From: an uncultured bacterium
Lineage (GTDB): Bacteria > Omnitrophota > Omnitrophia > Omnitrophales > Abzuiibacteriaceae
Direction: 5' to 3'
Assembly (NCBI GenBank): GCA_964387845.1
Contig: CAYLXA010000002.1
Location: 192,001-256,000 of the forward strand
DNA length: 64,000 nt
The position numbers and the translations under genes were made by a program. Every line of letters begins with the position of its first letter. The stretch's first letter is position 1. The notes below the pieces were generated by a model. The model was not told the origin of the DNA, made no database searches, and saw only the letters and a program-made list of their open reading frames with translations. This document shows, piece after piece, positions 36,566 to 45,600 of the stretch.

Positions 36566-38604
36566 TAATGCAACTTTGCGCTAAATTGCTTTGATAAAGA
36601 ATCGACAATTGAAAAATGGAGCGCATTCACCTCTTCATTTTGAAGCGTCCGGTTTCCGGCTTGATAAGTGATCCGGAACGAAATGCTTTGCTTTCCTTTT
36701 TCGATATTGCCGCCGCGGTAAAGGTCAAAAACATCCACTTGACGAATCATATCTTTCCCCATGGACCGGATAACGCCGATCAATTGATTTGATTGAACCT
36801 TTCCTTCCACCAGCAGCGATAAATCACGGACAACACTCGGATGTTTATCAAGCTCCTGAAACGCTGCGAGCGGTCGGCCGATCTTTGCCAGTTGCGATAA
36901 CGAAATCTCTCCGAAATAAACCGGCTTCTCGATTCCGAGCGGTTCCGATTTTTCCCTGCGGATTGAACCAAATTCACCGATTTTATTATTTTTCGAAACA
37001 ATTTTAAAACTTTCGCCTGTAATAAAATAGGGTCTATCTTCCGGAAAAAAATGATCCGCGCCAATCTTAAATAACGATAAGCCAGATTCAAAAATACCTT
37101 TGAGATGAAAAAAACCATACTCTCTCACTTTATTCATCCAGTGAACCGGCGTTTCACCGGCAAACGCGACGGCAAGCGTTCGGTCTTCGATTGGCAATTC
37201 TTTTCCTGAAAACCAATACCGATTTCCAATTTCGAAAATGGCAACGGACGGCACGCCGGTGTTTAAATTATGGCGGATTACTTGCAGCAAGCTCAAAATA
37301 AAATTGGGGCGCATCAGCGTCAGATCTTGATTTCTGGGATTATCAATTCTGACATGATTGGTTGTATCATTATCTATTAGGACTGCTAAATCCGGATCTA
37401 CAACACTGAAGGTCACAACCTCTTGCAACCCTAGACCGGCACAATGATTTCGCACTTTTTCCTGAATTTCAAGCACAGGATCCGATTTGGATTCCACCAT
37501 GGAAATTGTAGGAAGCGTTTCCGGAATTTTATCGTAACCATTGATGCGTGCGATTTCTTCGATTAAATCGGCCGGCTGCTCAATGTCGCCGCGAAATGCG
37601 GGTGCTTCGGTAATGATTTTTTGTCCCTTCTGAACCGCTTTGATTCCGAGACGATTCAAAATGGTTTTGATTTTGCCCACAGAAATCACAACGCCCAGAA
37701 CCTCGGGCACTTCGTCTAATTCTAAAATCACTTTCTTCCTTCTGACCGGAGCCGATCCGGATTTCAGAATCAATCCAACCGCGGCAGGTTTGCAAAAATC
37801 AGCGATCATCGACACTGCGCGCTCGCGTGCCCAATCGACGCCCAACGGATCGACGCCACGCTCAAAGCGGTAGGACGAGTCACTGGCAAGTTTCAGACGT
37901 TTCGATGTTTTTCGGATCGCGGCAGGTGAAAAATAAGCCGACTCAATTAAAATATTCTTTGTCTGATCCGAAACTTCCGACTCACGGCCTCCCATCACGC
38001 CGCCGATTGCCACCGCTTTCGATTCATCAGCAATCACGCAATCCTCCGGTGTCAATTTGCACATGGCTCCGTTAATTGCCGTCATCTGCTCGCCTGCTTT
38101 CGCCCGGCGCGCTAAAATAACCGTACCGCTTAATTTTTCAAGATCAAACGCATGAAGCGGCTGTCCGCATTCCAACAAAACATAATTCGTGACGTCGACA
38201 ATAAAATTAATCGAACGCAAACCGCACGTTTCAAGTCGTTCGCGCATGCGGTCCGGTGTGCGAACCTGCGACAATCCTTCCAAAACGGTTCCCGTGTAAC
38301 AAGAACACCATTTTTTATCCGGCGTTTGGACGCTAAACGAAGACGCGGTTTTCGTGCGCTTGATTTTCGGGATTTTTGGGATTTTCAGCGGCTTGTCGTA
38401 AAGCGCTGCGATTTCACGGGCCACTCCGATATGCGAAAGCCAATCGGGCCGGTTCGACGTGATTTCGGTTTCGAGGCGGTAATCTGAACCAACCTTTTCA
38501 ATTTTCTTCACTTCAAGGCCGGCCATGGTCAAACGCTCTGCCACTGCTTCGACTGGCGCAGAAACTGCCACGTAATCTTTAATCCAATTCCAACTTAGCT
38601 TCAT
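36565..38604 (-). CDS. pheT: Phenylalanine--tRNA ligase beta subunit
   Basis: MKLSWNWIKDYV...LTMAGLEV N-terminus plus B3/4, B5 and FDX-ACB-like regions, downstream of pheS. It is shorter (679 aa) than the E. coli enzyme. Confidence 0.85.
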   Translation of the reverse strand: MKLSWNWIKDYVAVSAPVEAVAERLTMAGLEVKKIEKVGSDYRLETEITSNRPDWLSHIGVAREIAALYDKPLKIPKIPKIKRTKTASSFSVQTPDKKWCSCYTGTVLEGLSQVRTPDRMRERLETCGLRSINFIVDVTNYVLLECGQPLHAFDLEKLSGTVILARRAKAGEQMTAINGAMCKLTPEDCVIADESKAVAIGGVMGGRESEVSDQTKNILIESAYFSPAAIRKTSKRLKLASDSSYRFERGVDPLGVDWARERAVSMIADFCKPAAVGLILKSGSAPVRRKKVILELDEVPEVLGVVISVGKIKTILNRLGIKAVQKGQKIITEAPAFRGDIEQPADLIEEIARINGYDKIPETLPTISMVESKSDPVLEIQEKVRNHCAGLGLQEVVTFSVVDPDLAVLIDNDTTNHVRIDNPRNQDLTLMRPNFILSLLQVIRHNLNTGVPSVAIFEIGNRYWFSGKELPIEDRTLAVAFAGETPVHWMNKVREYGFFHLKGIFESGLSLFKIGADHFFPEDRPYFITGESFKIVSKNNKIGEFGSIRREKSEPLGIEKPVYFGEISLSQLAKIGRPLAAFQELDKHPSVVRDLSLLVEGKVQSNQLIGVIRSMGKDMIRQVDVFDLYRGGNIEKGKQSISFRITYQAGNRTLQNEEVNALHFSIVDSLSKQFSAKLH

Positions 38605-38616
38605 AATAAGTAGACT

Positions 38617-39594
38617 TTACCTAAACTGTTCAAGAAACCGCAGATCATTTTCATAAAAAAGACGGATATCCTTTATGCCGTGCCTCAGCATGGCAATGCG
38701 TTCAACGCCCAGCCCAAACGCAAATCCTTTTACTCTCTTGGGATCATAACCCACCTGCTCAAATACTTTTGGGTTCACAACGCCCGCGCCCAGCACTTCC
38801 AGCCAGCCTTTCCCCCAATTAACATCAATTTCGACGCTGGGTTCTGTGAACGGAAAATAATGGGGCCTGAATCTGGTTTTAATGCCGGAGCCGAATAATT
38901 TACGCAGAAAAACATCCAGCACACCTTTCAAATCCGAAAACTTAACATCCTGATCGACCATCAATCCTTCAATTTGATGGAACATGAACGAATGGCTCGC
39001 ATCCACTTCATCAGGCCGGTACACGCGGCCTGGTGCAATAATTCGAAGCGGCGGTTTGCGGTCTTTCATCACGCGGACCTGAACCGTTGAGGTCTGGCTT
39101 CTCAAGAGCGCGCCGCTTTCGGTATAAAACGTATCAAAAGCATCGCGCGAGGGATGATTGAGCGGAATGTTGAGGGCTGTAAAATTACAAAATTCGGTTT
39201 CAATTTCGCGGCCGTCGACAAGTTCAAAGCCGAGCTTGAGAAATAAGTCGCTGATCTCGCGGATGGTTTGCGTAATCGGATGAAGGCGGCCTTCCGGATA
39301 ACGAAAGCCCGGAAGTGTTGGATCGATTGTACTTTGACCGGAAGCGGTAGATCCGATTTTCTTTTTACGGGTTTCGAGCGCAGATTCGACCGATGATTTC
39401 AGCTTGTTAACATTTTGCCCGAACGCAGAACGTTCTTCCGGCGCAAGCGATCCGACTTGCTTTAAAAGCGATGTGACTTCGCCTTTTTTTCCCAAATAAC
39501 GGACTCGGAGAGACTCCAGCTCTTTCAAGTCAGAAGCGTGCTCAATGGTTTCGCACGCTTCCTTTTCTAAGGCTTCGAAATTGGCTGCAGTCAT
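38617..39594 (-). CDS. pheS: Phenylalanine--tRNA ligase alpha subunit
   Basis: FRPHYFPFTEPS and GAGVVNP class-II motifs. Confidence 0.9.
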   Translation of the reverse strand: MTAANFEALEKEACETIEHASDLKELESLRVRYLGKKGEVTSLLKQVGSLAPEERSAFGQNVNKLKSSVESALETRKKKIGSTASGQSTIDPTLPGFRYPEGRLHPITQTIREISDLFLKLGFELVDGREIETEFCNFTALNIPLNHPSRDAFDTFYTESGALLRSQTSTVQVRVMKDRKPPLRIIAPGRVYRPDEVDASHSFMFHQIEGLMVDQDVKFSDLKGVLDVFLRKLFGSGIKTRFRPHYFPFTEPSVEIDVNWGKGWLEVLGAGVVNPKVFEQVGYDPKRVKGFAFGLGVERIAMLRHGIKDIRLFYENDLRFLEQFR

Positions 39595-39639
39595 AAGAAT
39601 GAAGCACGCTGTCCGAATTCAACAGCTGCTCGAGAGCTG

Positions 39640-39993
39640 TTATTTCGCTTTTTTTGCGAGATCGACCAACTGTTTAAAAGAACTTGGATCCTGAATGGCC
39701 AGTTCGGAAATCGATTTCCGGTCCAGCTGAATCTTGGCTTTTTTCAACAGTGCGATGAATTTCGAATAGGAAATACCCTGTTCGCGGCATGCGGCATTCA
39801 GACGCACAATCCAAAGCGAGCGGTAAACCCGGCGCTTTTTTTTGCGGTCGCGTGTTGCAAACACCATGGCGCGCTGCACGGTTTCGCGGGCCATCCGGTA
39901 AAGTTTGCGGCGGCCTCCCCAAAAGCCTTTTGCGCGCTTAAGAAATTTTTTATGTCGTTTGCGTGATGCGGGTATTCTGGTTGCTCTTGGCAT
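39640..39993 (-). CDS. rplT: 50S ribosomal protein L20
   Basis: MPRATRIPASRKRHKKFLKRAKGFWGGRRKLYRMA is essentially the invariant L20 N-terminus. Confidence 0.9.
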   Translation of the reverse strand: MPRATRIPASRKRHKKFLKRAKGFWGGRRKLYRMARETVQRAMVFATRDRKKKRRVYRSLWIVRLNAACREQGISYSKFIALLKKAKIQLDRKSISELAIQDPSSFKQLVDLAKKAK

Positions 39994-40015
39994 AAATCAC
40001 TTTTTTCCTTTTTAC

Positions 40016-40213
40016 TCAGCCGTACGGCAAAGCTTCTCTAACTTGTTTCGCATTGGTCACATCGACCCCACTCCAACCTCTGAGCTTGCGTTTAGAACCC
40101 GAGGTCTTATCGCCCAGCAAATGGCGGCGCTTGGTTTTCACCATGCGCACTTTCCCGTTCTTGCTGACTTTGAATCTTTTCCGAACTGCTTTGTTGGTTT
40201 TCAATTTTGGCAT
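40016..40213 (-). CDS. rpmI: 50S ribosomal protein L35
   Basis: MPKLKTNKAVRKRFKVSKNGKVRMVKTKRRHLL. Confidence 0.9.
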   Translation of the reverse strand: MPKLKTNKAVRKRFKVSKNGKVRMVKTKRRHLLGDKTSGSKRKLRGWSGVDVTNAKQVREALPYG

Positions 40214-40234
40214 TTTCCCACTCCGTTCTTAAAT

Positions 40235-40785
40235 TTATTTAACTGCTTTTTCGCCCGAACCCGACTTGGCAGGGCCTGGTTTTTTGGGCTGCTTTTTGGG
40301 CGAAAACATGATCGAAATAATTTTGCCTTCGAGCCCTTCGTTTTTTTCAATTTCGCCGACATCCGAAACATCCTGAACAAACCGGTCAATGATTCGCTGG
40401 CCGAGCTCGGCGTGCATGATTTCACGGCCACGGAACATCATGCTCAGCTTGACTTTGTCGCCGCGCTCCAAAAATCCGATCGCACTTCTGAGCTTGGTCT
40501 GGTAATCGTGTTCCTCGATCTTTGAAGTCATTTTGACTTCCTTGATATTGATGACATGCTGTTTCTTTTTTGCTTCCTTTTCCTGCTTTTCGATTGAATA
40601 AAGGTACTTTCCAAAATCAATGATGCGGCAGACAGGCGGCTTCGCAGTCGGCGATATCTCAACCAAATCCAGCCCTTCCTCGCGGGCGCGCTTAACGCCT
40701 TCGTCCGGCGCGACAATTCCGATTAATTTGCCGTCGGACCCGATTAAACGAATTTGAGGAACTCGAATACGCTCGTTGATGCGAA
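40235..40785 (-). CDS. infC: Translation initiation factor IF-3, with an atypical AUU (ATT) start codon
   Basis: The track ORF (MVEISP...) starts inside the protein at a TTG. Reading upstream in frame gives (M)RINERIRVPQIRLIGSDGKLIGIVAPDEGVKRAREEGLDLVEISPTAKPPVCRIIDFGKY..., which matches the IF3 N-domain (E. coli [25 protein letters not shown]). The ATT start is preceded by a GAGGTGG Shine-Dalgarno. The AUU start is an inference from this alignment. Confidence 0.75.
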
Positions 40786-40828
40786 TGCTACTGTACCGGA
40801 TATGCCACCTCCTGATTTTGAATGCTGA

Positions 40829-42601
40829 TTATTCTAAAGACTTTGTTTCGATTTTGTTTTTCAGAAACTCAACGCACTTAGACACGTCCATCGTACCCAA
40901 ATCTTTTCTGCCGCGTTCCCGGACGGCCACCTGGCCGGACTCGAGTTCGCGGTCGCCCACCACCAAAATATATGGGACTTTTTCGACTTCTGCCTGGCGA
41001 ACTTTATAACTGATTTTCTCCGGCCGCGCGTCCAAATCCGTCCGGATTCCCGATTGCAATAAGACATCAACCACTTTTCGAGCACCCGCCTCTTGCTTTT
41101 CAGAAATACACGCCACGCGCACTTGAACGGGCGCAAGCCAAACTGGGAATGCAGCGCCAAAATGTTCGACCAAAATACCCATAAAGCGCTCAACCGAACC
41201 GAACACTGCACGATGAACCATCACCGGCCGGTGGAGAGCGCCGTCTTCGCCTGTGTACTCCAAACCAAAGCGTTCCGGCATCTGGAAATCAAGCTGGATC
41301 GTTCCGCACTGCCAAATTCTACCAATGGAATCGGTAACTTCAAAATCTATTTTCGGGCCGTAAAAAGCGCCGCCGCCCGCATGGACATCAAAGCTGATGT
41401 CGTTCTTTTTCAGCGCTTCTTCCAAACCTTTGGTCGCCTTTTCCCATTGATCATCCGTTCCCATGGAATCTTTGGGACGTGTCGATAAATTGATCGCGAT
41501 TTTTGAAAATCCGAAGGTTTTATACATGCGCAAAATCAGGGCGATGACTTTTGAAATTTCTTCCTTGATCTGATCGCCGTAGCAGAAAATATGCGTATCA
41601 TCAATCGTAAACGCCTTGACGCGGAACAGGCCGTGCAAAACACCGGACAATTCATGCCGGTGCACAAGGCCGAGCTCGGACAGCCGAAGCGGCAGATCGC
41701 GGTATGAGCGCTGGCGCGAACGATAAACAATCGTGGAGCCCGGACAATTCATGGGCTTTAACGCAAAATCCTGGCTCTCGACTTTTGTGAAATACATGTT
41801 TTCTTTGTAATGAGCATAATGGCCGCTTTGCTTCCAAAGCTCGTCTTTCAAAATCATCGGCGTCCGGATTTCCTGATAATGCTCTTTTTCGTGCTCTTCG
41901 CGCCAAAATCGAATCAGCTCGTTATAAACAATAATTCCCTTCGGATGATAAAACGGGATTCCCGGCGATTCTTCATGAAACGTGAATAAGTCCAGCTCTT
42001 TGCCAAGCCGCCTGTGGTCGCGCTTCTTCGCTTCTTCGAGCTGTTTTAAATAATCATCGAGTTCTTTATCGGATGTAAACGCAACACCGTAAACACGCTG
42101 CAGCATCGGATTGTGTTCATTGCCGCGCCAATAGGCACCCGCCACATTGGTCAACTTAAAACCTTTGATCTCTTTCGTGTTCGTCACGTGCGGCCCACGG
42201 CAAAGATCCATGAATTTCCCGTTTGAAAAAATCGAGACTTTATCGTCCGGAATTCCTTCCACAATTTCGCACTTAAACTTTTCGCCGCGCTTTTTAAAAA
42301 GCTCGATGGCTTCTTTCTTAGATAAGAAGCTCTGTTTAAATTCCTGCTGCTCCCCGATAATCCGAAGACATTCCTTTTCAATTGCAGCCAAATCGTCATC
42401 CGTGAGCGGTTTTTCGACCTGAAAGTCATAATAAAAACCGGTTGCGGTTGCCGGGCCTGTTCCAAGCTTCACATTCGGATACAAAGCCTGCATGGCTTGC
42501 GCCAACACGTGCGCTGCGCTGTGCCGGATCCGATGGAGCCGTTCAGACATATTTTCCGATGAAGAGCCCTTTGGGGCAGAATTTGCTTGCGATTGCGGCA
42601 T
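40829..42601 (-). CDS. thrS: Threonine--tRNA ligase (lacks the N-terminal TGS/N1 domain)
   Basis: HSAAHVLAQA...GFYYDF (N2 editing domain), the class-II catalytic core, and a C-terminal anticodon-binding domain. The protein starts at the N2 domain. The true start may be the internal MSERLH at 42550. Confidence 0.85.
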   Translation of the reverse strand: MPQSQANSAPKGSSSENMSERLHRIRHSAAHVLAQAMQALYPNVKLGTGPATATGFYYDFQVEKPLTDDDLAAIEKECLRIIGEQQEFKQSFLSKKEAIELFKKRGEKFKCEIVEGIPDDKVSIFSNGKFMDLCRGPHVTNTKEIKGFKLTNVAGAYWRGNEHNPMLQRVYGVAFTSDKELDDYLKQLEEAKKRDHRRLGKELDLFTFHEESPGIPFYHPKGIIVYNELIRFWREEHEKEHYQEIRTPMILKDELWKQSGHYAHYKENMYFTKVESQDFALKPMNCPGSTIVYRSRQRSYRDLPLRLSELGLVHRHELSGVLHGLFRVKAFTIDDTHIFCYGDQIKEEISKVIALILRMYKTFGFSKIAINLSTRPKDSMGTDDQWEKATKGLEEALKKNDISFDVHAGGGAFYGPKIDFEVTDSIGRIWQCGTIQLDFQMPERFGLEYTGEDGALHRPVMVHRAVFGSVERFMGILVEHFGAAFPVWLAPVQVRVACISEKQEAGARKVVDVLLQSGIRTDLDARPEKISYKVRQAEVEKVPYILVVGDRELESGQVAVRERGRKDLGTMDVSKCVEFLKNKIETKSLE

Positions 42602-42697
42602 GGCTTAAAACGTGAGCATGAGTGGAATTGAATGTAACTTCTGATGTTTCATACAGTTCGGTAGTATATCGGGAATCGCCATAAGCCGCAACAAGTA

Positions 42698-45600
42698 TTA
42701 CGCCGCCTGTCGAATCGCCTGACGGCCCTGTTCTTCAATATAGAGCGCTTCGATTCTATCAAACATGATCGTAACGACACCCGTGTAATGGTCAAATTCG
42801 AACCCGAGGCTTTTTAAGGGAAAAAGAAGCCGCGCCTGCTCTTCGGGGCTCTTATTTTTAAGGATTTTCGCCAGGGTGCCCGCCGCGCGAAGAATCGGAA
42901 TGGTAAGCTCTTGAATGGCTGCTTTACTTCGAACGCTTTCCCAATTGGCAAACGCGACAAAAACATTTGTCAAAGCCGCGAGCTGACTTTCGGTTTCTGC
43001 CATCGCAGCACCATCTGTTGTTTGCGCCAAAGGAACGAACGGCATATCGGAAATCCGCAGATTGCGTGAAAGTGCACCAGCCGCCTGCGCACGCTCCACC
43101 GCATCCGTAATAGCTTTTACAAATTCATTTCGAATTTTCTGGACATGCATTCTCGCTTCTGTATCCGGAGCCGAAAATGCGATTCGCAATTCAGAGCGGG
43201 ACAATTGATCGAGACTCATTAAGAGAGCTTTAGCCAACGCGCCCTTGCCGTCAACCGTCACGGTCGGGATTCCGATTTTTACATCCGGCGTAATAAGAGC
43301 CTCGATTGCAGCTTCAATGCGGCTTGCAATGATAGCACCTGCGTCGGTCACTTGAACTGCTGCAGGAAGAATGGATGTGCTTGTGGTTAGGCTATTTAAA
43401 GTCGGTTCTACAACTAAACTGAAAAATCGAGAATTTTGTACCGCTAGAATATCAAATACATTATCAGAAACCGTTGTGGCCACTATTTTTGAAGCGGCCT
43501 CACGCAATTCTGAGCGATTCTCTTCCGCTTTTGCTGCAAGCTCCAGCGCTTCTTCGCTGAATTCCACAGTGTCTTCTTGCGGCTGTCCGTTCACTTTCAC
43601 TTGCGCCGGAGACTTTCGCGGCGCAAACTGCTGAATCGGTTTTCGATCAGGATTGATATCCACAACCGGCGGAACCGGCTGAACCGCCGCCCGAAGTTCG
43701 GATTTCTTAGTTTTTGTCGAATCTGATACGGGCGGAGCAGATTCAGCGGGCGTCGAGTCAGTTTCGCTGCTAATTCCTGCGGTTTTCTCAGCCTCTGCCC
43801 TTACCTTAGCGACCTTCACCCATTCAATGAAATCGAGCATGGGCCTTTCAGGATTTCGTATTTTAAGATCACCTTTTAGCAATCCATTAATAATTTTTAC
43901 CGCCAATCGCTTCATTTGGTCATCAAATTCAGTGCTTTTAATAATAAAGCTCTGATTGCTTTCTGTCATGTTAAGCGCCATTAGCGCAATGCCCAATAAA
44001 TCGCGCGTTGCATTCAACGGAAATTGAATGGTTTTCGATAGTTTTGGAAGGCGGTCGTTCAGTTTAACCATGACACCGCTTCTATTAAAAATGATGTCGA
44101 ATTGTCTATCAGTCAGGTTCATGTCCTTTTTCAATTGCTCCGGATTTTCTTTCGTTGAAAAAGCCAGCGCCCAATCAAGGACAACTGGTCCGTTATCCGT
44201 TTCAATGATATTAGGCAGGCCCAGATCATTGTGAACGACACCGGCCTGATGTGCATAATCGATGATTTGAGCGACTTGGAGCAATAAATCTGAAGAGCGA
44301 ATGGGTTTGGTTCCCGGTTTTTCAAACCGAAGCCAAAGCTGAGGGCGGTTATTTTCCGAGCTCCCAACCACGCCGCTGCGGGCACTAAATGGAAACCCTT
44401 CTTGCCATCCATTCGGATTAAGAAGTTTGATGAACTCATTTTCTCTGACGAGCAAGCGATGGTGAATTTTTATTTCATTTTCAAGACGCCTGTTGAAATC
44501 GTCCTTTTCATCCTCAGCCACACCATTGTTATAATCCTCCATTCCCGGCAGAACTTCCTTGACTATATTGAGCTCCCCGGTGCGCTCATTAATTACAAGG
44601 GTAATGTGAGATACCTCATGGGGACGTGGCGGACGGCTTCTTTTGATGACTTCAGCGTAATATAACTGCTTGCGAGGCTTGAAAGAAAAACTCCAGACCA
44701 TTCGGCTTCTTACCTTAATATCATTTGCATTTCTTACTTTAATAATTTTATTCTCTTCGATATACCGAAGCGGCGTATCGCCGTCATGATCTTCCCAGAT
44801 ACGTCCGCGTATTGTTTTGCGCGATAATTCAAACACGCGCGCCCGCACGCGCTCTTCAGACTCGGAAACGATAAGCACGCGCCCGCTCAAAATCAAAGCG
44901 TTCACGATGTATGGCGTATGAACCGGAGAATCAGCGTCTATAATCATTCGCTGGCGTTCGTTTCGATCTTTTATAATTTGTTTGTCGTTCAGCACAACAA
45001 TGCGATCCTTTTTTGGAATTCCTAACTTGTCGGCTAATTTTGTCATCCAGAAATGTTTCTTTAGCTGATCTTTTGTTAAACCGAGTTCATTGTCTTTATG
45101 CCGAAGCTCGGAGCGGCTGGGTTCGTCGCTATCCCTCCCTGTGCCGGACGGAAGCATATTTGGCCAGAAACGTGGCGTAATGTGCCAAGCAACCAAAAGC
45201 CCGAATCCTGCCGAAAGCGACACTGTCGCAAGAATTGAATAAACCATTTCCGGAATTTGTTGGGCAAGAAGCGGAACATTGAAGCGCAGTTCGGATTTCT
45301 GAGGCGTTAAATTACCGGAGATCACCTCAGCTTGCTTTTCCTCAATGATCGCCGTTGCTCGGCTGGAGGCTTCGATTTGCCGGTTTTGATCATCAATTAA
45401 AGCACTGGCTTCACGCGCCTTTTCCGCCAACTCGCTTGCCGAAGTGCTCTTGGGTAGAAATGATGAGATTTGTTTGAGACGGCGAAGTTCGACACGTTGA
45501 GCAGCCACCCGTTTGGGATTTTGTAGGATGTGTCTACGCTTAGAAGGATCAGAAGCAATCGGAAACTCAAACCGCGGAAGGTCATCGACATAAGCAATTA

